DNA from: Nannocystales bacterium
GTDB taxonomy: Bacteria > Myxococcota_A > Polyangia > Nannocystales > Nannocystaceae
Reading direction: 5' to 3'
Length of the DNA stretch: 16,339 nucleotides
Assembly (NCBI GenBank): GCA_050633305.1
Contig: JBOEGF010000076.1
Location: 1-16,339 of the forward strand
The notes beneath the pieces are model-generated. The model ran no database searches and had not been told where the DNA came from. It saw nothing but the letters and a program-made list of their open reading frames with translations. Positions 8,255 through 15,739 of the stretch are shown here, one piece after another; the stretch's first letter is position 1, and every line of letters starts with the position of its first letter. Both the position numbers and the translations under genes were made by a program.

Positions 8255-8600
8255 ATCGACCGACAAACGTCGGTGGCACCTTGACGACCGGTAACGGCAG
8301 GTAGGCCGGATGGGGAGTGCGGCGTCCGAAGGCGCCGGGATACTCCCATAGGCCGATCTGAGAGGCAACAGAGTGGCCGTTTCGTTTGCGAGGGTTGGGG
8401 TGGCCAGTGTGACCTGCACCCCCCGGTCGAAGGTGGGGTGTGGGCCGGGTGTTTGACCCTGCTGGTGAGCGGTTGTTCAAAAGTCGGGCCGTTTTTTACG
8501 GGACCCTGTCCGCAGGGTTTGAAACACCCCCGCTCCGACGAGCAGGGGTCTGGCGTCGGTAGTCGACGAGAGTGTGAGCCCGGATCCACGAACCCCTGTT
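8255..8600. other. Long intergenic region rich in stem-loops (candidate structured 5' leader or sRNA)
   Basis: Hairpins at 8259-8274, 8304-8354, 8416-8441 and 8502-8519, plus long-range inverted repeats 8447-8462/8512-8529 and 8541-8549/8592-8600. No known RNA family recognised. Confidence 0.35.
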
Positions 8601-8654
8601 TTTGCTAAAGGAGCGACGTAAACGGGGGCTCTGGGTGGGTCACGAAACTGCCGC

Positions 8655-9554
8655 TCAGCCCAAAACGTCGATGAGCAACGGGCAGTGATCGCTCACACGT
8701 TCGAGGTCCAGGTCGGGGTACGCGGAGGTGGACGTGATCGGTGCGCAGTCGCTGCGGGAGCACTGCAATCCTGGGGCGACATGCACCGCTGGGGCATGCG
8801 GGGGCGCCCCTTCGATGAACACGTGGTCGAGGACGGAAGGCTCTTCGAACCGGTCGAACCGTCCGCCTTCCCAGTAGGCTGTGCACGGCAGGCGGGGTTG
8901 GACCCGTTGTAAACCGACGGTCGAGAACGCTGCGCACAGGGAAGAGATCTCGTCGGCCGGTGACCCGCCCCGCCGACCCGTTGTATTGAAATCTCCGACC
9001 ACAAGGCGAGGCTGGGGCACGTCCTTCAGCATCTGGACGAGCGCCTCATGCTGGACCTGCCGGACGGCATGCCCAGCCGGGGTTGCCTTGAGGTGCACCA
9101 CGACGATGCTCCACCGCAGCCCATCGAGGAACAGGGACTGCACGAGGGTGGGCCGAAGCCCCGGATTCAGGACGGTGCACGGGTCGGTGTGCGGCGGGGC
9201 GGCCGAAATCGGGCCGCGTCTGGCGATCACCAGCTGCTGGCCGTGGGCCCCGCCATCCCCGGACGCGTCGAGGACATAGTCGGGAAGCAGGGGTTGCAGC
9301 GCACCGGGGTCCAAGACTTCCTGGAGGCAAAGAACATCGGCATCGAATGCCGCGAAGTGCTCCGCGAGCCGGTCGAGATCGTGCCCCGGGGCGTGTCTCG
9401 AGGTTGGGGCTGTGGCGCCGCTGAAGTTACGAAGGTTCCAGCTGACGATCCGAATCGAACCGGGAGGTGCGGGGTCCCGCCGCCACCAGGCGTGGGCTCC
9501 GACGGCGCCCCACGCCGCGAGTCCGATGAGCATTGAGCGTCGGGAGACCGCCAC
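8655..9554 (-). CDS. Endonuclease/exonuclease/phosphatase (EEP) family protein with Tat-type signal
   Basis: Motifs IVSWNL, DVLCLQEV, VVHLKA, VVGDFN, LDHVF and SDHCP; N-terminal SRRSML followed by a hydrophobic stretch. Confidence 0.9.
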   Translation of the reverse strand: MAVSRRSMLIGLAAWGAVGAHAWWRRDPAPPGSIRIVSWNLRNFSGATAPTSRHAPGHDLDRLAEHFAAFDADVLCLQEVLDPGALQPLLPDYVLDASGDGGAHGQQLVIARRGPISAAPPHTDPCTVLNPGLRPTLVQSLFLDGLRWSIVVVHLKATPAGHAVRQVQHEALVQMLKDVPQPRLVVGDFNTTGRRGGSPADEISSLCAAFSTVGLQRVQPRLPCTAYWEGGRFDRFEEPSVLDHVFIEGAPPHAPAVHVAPGLQCSRSDCAPITSTSAYPDLDLERVSDHCPLLIDVLG

Positions 9555-9590
9555 GACCTACCCGGTCGACCGGCGGCGGCGATCGTTGCA

Positions 9591-10181
9591 TCACCCGGGC
9601 TCGAACTCGAAGCGTGTGGAGTCGATGCGAACCTCTCGGATCGCGGATTCGATGGCGGGGCCTTGCTCGCCGCTGTCCAGTGCGATGGAGTACCCGCCCG
9701 AGAGTCCCGCGACGTCGGCGGCGGAGGTGACCAATCCGGACGCGATGACGAGGGAACGTCCTCCGCCAGGAAGCGGCTTGCCGCGGCCGCTTTGCCCCAA
9801 CACGCTCAAGCCGAGCGCATCGTCGAACGGCGCTTCCACGACCACGTCCGCCTGGGACACCGACTGAGGGGATTGCTCGAGCTCGAGCTCGAGGCGAACA
9901 CCCCACCGTCGGCGTTGGGCGCGGCTGGTGATCGTGTCGAGGAGCGCGGCCGCATCGAACTCGTACACGCCATCGGGGTCGAGGCCCCCGAGGCTGAAGA
10001 CCGGGATCGACAGGTGGTAGGTGACCTTAAACGACTGCGACGTGGGAGCGGAGTCCGCTTTTCCCACGCCGAAGGCGAGTCTGATGGCGACGACCGTTGG
10101 AGGGTCGACCGTCTGGGGCCCCGAAGCAGGATCGATTGCCGCGGTGCTATCGGGCAGACGGGGAACGACGACTCGTGCCAT
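9591..10181 (-). CDS. Hypothetical protein (196 aa)
   Basis: ORF with GC3-rich codons between rpsU and the EEP gene; ATG 10181 (MARVVVPRLP) preceded by TATTCT-N7. The longer ORF call (to 10421) overlaps rpsU. Confidence 0.7.
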   Translation of the reverse strand: MARVVVPRLPDSTAAIDPASGPQTVDPPTVVAIRLAFGVGKADSAPTSQSFKVTYHLSIPVFSLGGLDPDGVYEFDAAALLDTITSRAQRRRWGVRLELELEQSPQSVSQADVVVEAPFDDALGLSVLGQSGRGKPLPGGGRSLVIASGLVTSAADVAGLSGGYSIALDSGEQGPAIESAIREVRIDSTRFEFEPG

Positions 10182-10245
10182 GGCCGGGAGAATACCCAAA
10201 CCGGGGGCGAGCGTCGCCAAGACGTCCTCGCTCGAACGAACGGGT

Positions 10246-10536
10246 CTACCGCTCGTAGAGCTTCTTTCGCTCCCGACGCTTCCGTCGGCGCTCGGCTTCA
10301 CGGAGCTTTCGCTTGCTCGCGACGCTGGGCTTCTCGTAGTGGCGACGACGCTTGATCTCCCGGAGGACGCCTTCGCTCGCGAGGAGGCGGCGAAGCTTGC
10401 GGATGGCACGCTCGACGCCACGGTCGTCGACCTTCACTTCGAGGGGGCGACCCTGTACGGGCTCGTACTGGGCTTGAATGTCGGTGCCGACCTCGGTCTC
10501 GGCAGCTTCGGCGGGTTGCTCTTGCGGCGTCGTCAT
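10246..10536 (-). CDS. rpsU: 30S ribosomal protein bS21 with acidic N-terminal extension
   Basis: EVKVDDRGVERAIRKLRRLLASEGVLREIKRRRHYEKPSV is the canonical S21 signature; Arg/Lys-rich tail. Confidence 0.93.
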   Translation of the reverse strand: MTTPQEQPAEAAETEVGTDIQAQYEPVQGRPLEVKVDDRGVERAIRKLRRLLASEGVLREIKRRRHYEKPSVASKRKLREAERRRKRRERKKLYER

Positions 10537-10551
10537 GATGAGAGGCCGGCA

Positions 10552-10580
10552 CATATAGGAGGGGATGCCGCGCCGGTCAA
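10552..10580 (-). promoter_or_regulatory. Putative sigma70-type promoter of rpsU
   Basis: TTGACC (10580-10575), 17-nt spacer, TATATG (10557-10552). Confidence 0.5.
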
Positions 10581-10607
10581 GGGGCCCCCGGTGGCTTCCG
10601 CGTCGAT

Positions 10608-11348
10608 TCAGGCGTGCGCTCCGCCCAACGCGGCCGTCGATCCGCCGTCGACGACCAGGGTATGGCCGCTGACGTGGGATGCGCGCGCGAGGAAACACAC
10701 CGCCTGGGCGACGTCTTCGGGGCTGCCGATCTGCCCTCGGGGGATGCGAGAGAGCAGACGGGCCCGTGCTTCGGAGCCCTCGGGGGCTCGGCCGTCGGCG
10801 GGCCAGGCGACCGTTCCGGGGGCCACTGCATTGACGCGCAGTGGGGCGAGTTCCGCGGCGAGCCCCCGAGTTGCGGTTTCGAGCGCCGACTTCGCGATGC
10901 AGTGGTCCAGCAGGCCGGCCCAGGGATTGCGTGCGCCGAGGTCGACGATGTTGACGACGGAAGCAGCCGGAGCGTTGCGGAGCGCGGGGAGGCAAGAGCG
11001 GAGCAGGGAGAGCGGCGCGACCAGGTTGAGCTCCAGGACCCGGCGCAGGTCGTCGTCGTCGCGGTCCCCGAAGGCCCCGCGCTCAAAGGAAGCGGCGTTG
11101 TTCACAAGAAGGTCCAGGCGCGGCCCGAGGACCGAGGCGAGGTTCGCCCGCTGCTGCGGCTCGAGGAGATCTGCGCGGTGCACCCCCGCGATCGCGTCGG
11201 GGTGCTCGGTCGCGAGCGCTTCGGCCTCGGGCAGCGAGTCATGACAGTGCACCCAGACCCGGTAGCCGGCTCCGATCAGGGCTTCGACGATGCCGCGACC
11301 CACACGAACGGCGCCGCCAGTGACCAGGGCGACTGGGCTCTGAGACAT
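10608..11348 (-). CDS. Short-chain dehydrogenase/reductase, pteridine reductase (FolM/PTR1)-like
   Basis: TGGAVRVG (TGxxxRxG, typical of pteridine reductases), LVNNAASF, VNIVD, RVNAVAPG and VDGG; the catalytic YxxxK appears as HCIAK. Confidence 0.85.
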   Translation of the reverse strand: MSQSPVALVTGGAVRVGRGIVEALIGAGYRVWVHCHDSLPEAEALATEHPDAIAGVHRADLLEPQQRANLASVLGPRLDLLVNNAASFERGAFGDRDDDDLRRVLELNLVAPLSLLRSCLPALRNAPAASVVNIVDLGARNPWAGLLDHCIAKSALETATRGLAAELAPLRVNAVAPGTVAWPADGRAPEGSEARARLLSRIPRGQIGSPEDVAQAVCFLARASHVSGHTLVVDGGSTAALGGAHA

Positions 11349-11414
11349 CGCTGCATGATACGGCTGCGGCGTTCCATTGACACCTGGGCCTCTGTGCGCA
11401 AGCGTCGAACGCAA

Positions 11415-11942
11415 GTGTCGGCTCCCAAACACAGACTGTCGCTCGGCGACATGACCGAGGGTGCCGGCTGTACGCCGCGGACGGTCCGGTACTACGAGCG
11501 TCAAGGGCTGCTGACGGCGGAGCGGACCGCGGGCGGTCACCGACAGTTCGCGCCCGCGGAGTTGGAGCGTCTCGAGTTCGTCATCGCGCTGCGGGAGGCG
11601 GGGTGGTCGCTCGAGGATGTGACCGCGCTTCTGCAAATGCGCGACACCGCGGCGAGCGATGCCGATGCGACCGCGTCGCTGCGCACCGTGCTCGACGAGC
11701 AAATCGAGGCACTGCACCGGAAGCTCGAACTCTTGCAACGGCTCCGGGACGAGTTCGGCGAGACCGCCGAGTTGCTCACGGTCTGTGGCACGTGCACGGC
11801 GGTGCAGCTGCGGGTTTCGTGCGAGGGCTGCGAGCGTCTGCCGGACCTCGGCGCGCTGCCGCGTCCGTTCCGTCAGATCTGGCGGACGCGTGAACTCGGC
11901 CGTGGCGCTCCGTTGTTTGAGGACACGCTCGCCGACGAATGA
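11415..11942 (+). CDS. MerR-family transcriptional regulator with C-terminal CxxC-x7-CxxC
   Basis: HTH LSLGDMTEGAGCTPRTVRYYERQGLL, RTAGGHRQF, LREAGWSLEDV, coiled coil, then CGTC...CEGC. Start GTG 11415 is uncertain. Confidence 0.9.
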   Translation: MSAPKHRLSLGDMTEGAGCTPRTVRYYERQGLLTAERTAGGHRQFAPAELERLEFVIALREAGWSLEDVTALLQMRDTAASDADATASLRTVLDEQIEALHRKLELLQRLRDEFGETAELLTVCGTCTAVQLRVSCEGCERLPDLGALPRPFRQIWRTRELGRGAPLFEDTLADE

Positions 11943-11972
11943 CCCAACCGCGGGGCGTGGTATGAGCGAGCG

Positions 11973-12527
11973 ATGGCCGAGGACGCCGATGCCGCCCTGC
12001 AAGGAGCTGTGCGTGCGCTGATTGACGCGTGCGAGCTGGACGCGAACCACAAGGACCTGAAGGGCACGCCGGCGCGAGTCTCGGCGCTTTGGCAGTCCTC
12101 CTTTCTGCGCGGATACTCGATGGAGCCCGCGGAGATCCTCGGAGACCTGGTGCTTGGGGAAGCGGCGACTGAGCTGGTCGTGGTCCGCGACATTCCGTTT
12201 CAAGGCATGTGCCCCCACCACCTGCTGCCCTACCTCGGGACCGCGAGCGTGGCCTACCTCCCCGGCGACGGCCTGCTGGGCTTCGGACGGCTCGCGGAGC
12301 TGGTTCGTTGCTTCACCGCGCGGCTCACTCTCCAAGAGCGGGCCTGCAACGACGTTGCCGATGCCCTGATGGAACACATCGGTGCTCGGGGAGCGGGGTG
12401 CGTGATGAAGGGGGAGCACATGTGTTTGCGAATCCCCGAGCAGCGGCACAGCACGTCGGTGGTGACCTCGTCGTTTCGCGGGGAACTGCAGGGGCGAACC
12501 ACGATTCAGGATGGGCTGTTCTCATGA
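11973..12527 (+). CDS. folE: GTP cyclohydrolase I (FolE)-like protein, divergent
   Basis: TPARV, CPHHLLPY (Zn-ligand motif, normally CEHH), VAYLP, RLTLQE, HMC and VTSSFRG. Confidence 0.85.
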   Translation: MAEDADAALQGAVRALIDACELDANHKDLKGTPARVSALWQSSFLRGYSMEPAEILGDLVLGEAATELVVVRDIPFQGMCPHHLLPYLGTASVAYLPGDGLLGFGRLAELVRCFTARLTLQERACNDVADALMEHIGARGAGCVMKGEHMCLRIPEQRHSTSVVTSSFRGELQGRTTIQDGLFS

Positions 12528-13147
12528 CGTCCAAGGCGCTGTACGTGTTGCGCCACGGGGAGCCCGAAGACCGCACGATCTTCTACGGCCAACTCGACGT
12601 GGGTCTCTCCGAGCGGGGGCATGGACATGTGAAGGCTCAGGCTGACTTCTTCGGCACCAGGCCCCTGGGGACGATCGTCAGCAGTGACCTCACCCGTTGC
12701 ACGACCGGGGCCGCAGCGATCGCCGCTGCGCAAGGTGCCCAGGTGCGGACCGATGCCGCGCTTCGCGAGATGCATCTGGGCGTGTTGGAGGGGGTCCGCA
12801 TCGCGGACGCGTTGCAGCGCATGCCGGAGTTGGCCGGTCGTTCCTACGGGGACATGCTGGACTTTGCGTTCCCCGACGGAGGCGAGAGCGTGCGAGAGGT
12901 CGCCGCACGGGCGCTGCCTGCGGTCGAAGCGGCGGTGCGCGAGGGCCTCTCCCGCGAGGGGGACATCATGCTCTATGTCCACAACACCATCGCTCGGTTG
13001 GTCCTCGCCGCGGCGACCGGCCTGGGTCCACAGGGGTATGTGCGCTTTGAGCAACGCTACGGCGCAGTCAATCGCTTGCGGGTCGAAGCGGGCGGGCCGT
13101 CACCGTGGGCGCGCAGCGCTGTCGTGTACAGCAATCGCGCGGTCTGA
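12524..13147 (+). CDS. Histidine phosphatase family protein (CobC/GpmB-like)
   Basis: LRHGE, SSDLTRC, LREMHLG, GGES and second His (YVHN); ATGA overlap with the folE stop indicates translational coupling. Confidence 0.9.
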   Translation: MTSKALYVLRHGEPEDRTIFYGQLDVGLSERGHGHVKAQADFFGTRPLGTIVSSDLTRCTTGAAAIAAAQGAQVRTDAALREMHLGVLEGVRIADALQRMPELAGRSYGDMLDFAFPDGGESVREVAARALPAVEAAVREGLSREGDIMLYVHNTIARLVLAAATGLGPQGYVRFEQRYGAVNRLRVEAGGPSPWARSAVVYSNRAV

Positions 13148-13226
13148 CCCCGATACGAGCCCGAGGATGGCCGTTGTGTGGGTGGGTGCTCGCGCCCGGT
13201 CGATTTCGATCTACGCTGTGCCTGGG

Positions 13227-13940
13227 ATGCTGGATGACGACGAAGGCCTTGGAGCCGAGCTGCTGAGTGCAGTGCCGATCTTCCCGCTTCCCAACGCCGT
13301 GTTGCTGCCGGGCATGGTGCTGCCGCTCAACGTGTTTGAGCCGCGATACTTGGAGCTGGTTGACCACGCGCTCGAGGGGAGCCAGCACATCGGCGTGCCG
13401 CTGCTCCGCCCTGGCTACGAGGACGACTATGAGGCCCGGCCGGAGGTCGAGAGCGTGTTCGGTGTCGGGCGGCTGACCTCTCATCAACGGCTGCCCGATG
13501 GCCGGCGGTTCATTCGGCTGGCAGGAGCTCGTAGGCTGCGGCTGGTTCGGGAGCTCCCTCCCGAGCAGAGCTTTCGGCTCGTCGAGTGTCAGCTCCTCCA
13601 AGAAACGATGCCGGGGAAGCCGTCCGGGCTCGATGTCCTCAAGGCCCAACTCGAGCGCATCTGCGCCACGCTGCGTCCCGACGATGCCGAGCTGGTCGAT
13701 TCGGTGCTCCGCATTCCCGACCCACGGGTTCTCTCCTACGCGGTCGCGGCCATCCTTCCCACGCTGGGGTTCACATCAGCGAGTGCGTCGAGTCAGCACT
13801 CGAGCATGTTGACGATGCAGCAGGCGACGCTCAACGCCGCCGATGCGGACGCACGGGTCGAAGTGCTCAGCGAGTTCGCAGCCGAGCTCTGCGCTCGTTT
13901 GCTCGACGACGGCCGTATCCCCAAGGCGCTGCTGAACTGA
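13227..13940 (+). CDS. Stand-alone Lon protease N-terminal (substrate-binding) domain protein
   Basis: PIFPLPNAVLLPGMVLPLNVFEPRYLELV and LPDGRRFIRLAG motifs; no AAA+ or protease domain. Confidence 0.88.
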   Translation: MLDDDEGLGAELLSAVPIFPLPNAVLLPGMVLPLNVFEPRYLELVDHALEGSQHIGVPLLRPGYEDDYEARPEVESVFGVGRLTSHQRLPDGRRFIRLAGARRLRLVRELPPEQSFRLVECQLLQETMPGKPSGLDVLKAQLERICATLRPDDAELVDSVLRIPDPRVLSYAVAAILPTLGFTSASASSQHSSMLTMQQATLNAADADARVEVLSEFAAELCARLLDDGRIPKALLN

Positions 13941-13994
13941 CTCTTGGCGCGATTGTGGCTGTTTCACACGGCGGGGGTGTGCGACGGTTTGTGC

Positions 13995-15665
13995 ATGGCT
14001 TCTCTGTGCGCGCGTTCTCTCGGTGTTTTCCCCCTCGCAGGCCTGCTGCTCGTCGGCTGCGGCGACGACAGCAGTCGCCCGGGTGTCGATACGGATACGG
14101 ACACAGACGGCTCTGCGACGTCCGTCGACTCGACGGGGTCCACGACGATGGCCGCGTCCTCGAGCACTGGTGAGCCGAGCACGACGGCCGACCCCGCGAC
14201 CTCGAGCACCACCGGAGTCGCGGACACCAGCACCGGCCCTGCTGTGGATGAGCCTCCCACCGTCACGCTCACGGTGGCCGGGCAGGCCCGCCCTGCAGCG
14301 CTGACGGGCGCCGACCTCGTTCCACTGGAGGCCGAGGCGGGGGACGACAGTGCGGTCGACCGGGTCGAGTTCTTCCGCGACGGGGAACTTGTTGCCACCG
14401 ACGACGAGGCTCCCTACACGGCGGAGGTCTTGCTCACCAGCCTCGACAATGCGTCCATCGATTTTCACGCCGTCGCCTACGATGACGCCGACCAGTCGAC
14501 GGATAGCGAGGTCGTGCCGCTGTCCGTGGAGGTCATCGGAGCCAACATCGTGCACGTGGCGACGGACGTTCTTGCCGCTGGCGGGCTCGCATACGCGCCC
14601 GGCGGCGGGGTCCAGCTGGGCGAGGACGGAACGGTCTACGTCGCGACCTCGACGCTCGATGAAACGGAGAACGCCTTTGGTCTGCGGGCCGCTCAGGTCT
14701 CGGCAGACCTCTCGACGGTGAACTGGGAGGTGCGTGTGCCCCAGGACGTCGTGATGGACGGTGATCAGATCCTCGTCACCGGGGAACCGCTGCTGGTCGA
14801 GGACGCGGACCGGTTGTTGATCGCAGGCACCGGCTTCATCTCGGGCAGCAGCGGTACGTTTGAGGCCACGGTTGTGAGCGTGGCGCTCGACGGAAGCTCG
14901 GCCACGGTCCCCTACAACGAGGTTGGCGCGGACGACCAGACGTTCAACATTCCCGGGCTCGTCGCCGGACCCCCGAACGACATCATCTTGCATGGCCCCG
15001 GAGACACGCTCAGCCGCATCTCCGCTGGAGTTCCCGTGTGGCAGGTACCCACGGTCTCGTGGGATGTCTCGGACCTGGGCGCGACCCACATGTCCTCGGA
15101 TGCGGGGGGGGACATCTTGCTCGACGCGCTGAGCTGCGGCGCAGACCCATGTACGTGGACCGTCCACAAGATCGCGGCGGCCGATGGGGCGGAGATTTGG
15201 CAAAACTCGCTGCCCGTCGATGTCGACCTCTCCGACTTCCACGTGGGCGCGTCGGTCACGGCCCCCAACGGGGACGTCGTCTTGGCCTATGGTCAGTCCG
15301 CCGATGCCGGAGGCGACATCCAACTGGTGCGGTGGGACGCGGACGGCAACCCCTTGGAGACCGTGGGCGTTGATTCGGGCGCGGCCTCGTTGACCGTCTC
15401 CGATGTTGAGTTCGACGCGCAGGGGCAGCTCGTGATCCTCGGTTCACGAATCGAGAAGGACGGCGCGGATGCCAACCTGCTGCGGGTGTCTCCTGAGGGC
15501 GGGGTCTTGTGGTCGCGGTCGTTCGGCTTCGGAACCGAACGGGACCTCAGCCTGGCGTTTGCGCTCGACGCCCGTGGTCGCGTTGTCGTATCCGGCCTGG
15601 CCGACCCGCAGGTTGGATTCTTGGTGTTCGGTGCGTCGCTGTGGCTCGCGACCGTCGACCTGTAG
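13995..15665 (+). CDS. Lipoprotein with Ser/Thr linker, bacterial Ig-like domain and probable beta-propeller
   Basis: Lipobox LLVGC-GDD; S/T tether; Ig-like PPTVTL...AGDDSAVDRVEFFRDGELVATDDEAPYT...AVAYD; repeated blade-like units (DGTVYV, DAGGDILL, DAQGQLVI, DARGRVVV). Confidence 0.8.
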   Translation: MASLCARSLGVFPLAGLLLVGCGDDSSRPGVDTDTDTDGSATSVDSTGSTTMAASSSTGEPSTTADPATSSTTGVADTSTGPAVDEPPTVTLTVAGQARPAALTGADLVPLEAEAGDDSAVDRVEFFRDGELVATDDEAPYTAEVLLTSLDNASIDFHAVAYDDADQSTDSEVVPLSVEVIGANIVHVATDVLAAGGLAYAPGGGVQLGEDGTVYVATSTLDETENAFGLRAAQVSADLSTVNWEVRVPQDVVMDGDQILVTGEPLLVEDADRLLIAGTGFISGSSGTFEATVVSVALDGSSATVPYNEVGADDQTFNIPGLVAGPPNDIILHGPGDTLSRISAGVPVWQVPTVSWDVSDLGATHMSSDAGGDILLDALSCGADPCTWTVHKIAAADGAEIWQNSLPVDVDLSDFHVGASVTAPNGDVVLAYGQSADAGGDIQLVRWDADGNPLETVGVDSGAASLTVSDVEFDAQGQLVILGSRIEKDGADANLLRVSPEGGVLWSRSFGFGTERDLSLAFALDARGRVVVSGLADPQVGFLVFGASLWLATVDL

Positions 15666-15669
15666 GCAG

Positions 15670-15710
15670 ACCCCGCAATCAAGAGAGCACACCTCACAAC
15701 CGTGCGGGGT
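15670..15710. terminator. Inverted repeat between convergent genes, possible bidirectional terminator
   Basis: ACCCCGCA (15670-15677) and TGCGGGGT (15703-15710) with a 25-nt loop; no U-tract. Confidence 0.25.
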
Positions 15711-15739
15711 TGCGAGATGTGCTCGGAGACCAGCGAGGT

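Noticed and set aside
6790..8304. 504-aa Ala/Gly-rich plus-strand ORF
   Set aside because: Antisense shadow of the Cys-rich lipoprotein, which has the RBS and lipobox.
8310..8375. Resemblance to glycine, TPP or c-di-GMP riboswitch fragments (CCGAAGGCGC, CTGAGAG, CGCAAA)
   Set aside because: Only isolated words match, the remaining conserved cores are absent, and some lie on the wrong strand for the downstream gene.
8233..8589. N-terminal extension of the 6895..8589 ORF
   Set aside because: Atypical composition; the RBS and signal peptide place the start at 8232.
11349..12449. Long N-terminal extension of the SDR ORF (613 aa)
   Set aside because: Overlaps merR and folE on the opposite strand; the Rossmann motif begins right after ATG 11348.
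13776..15323. 515-aa minus-strand ORF
   Set aside because: Antisense shadow of the Ig/propeller lipoprotein.
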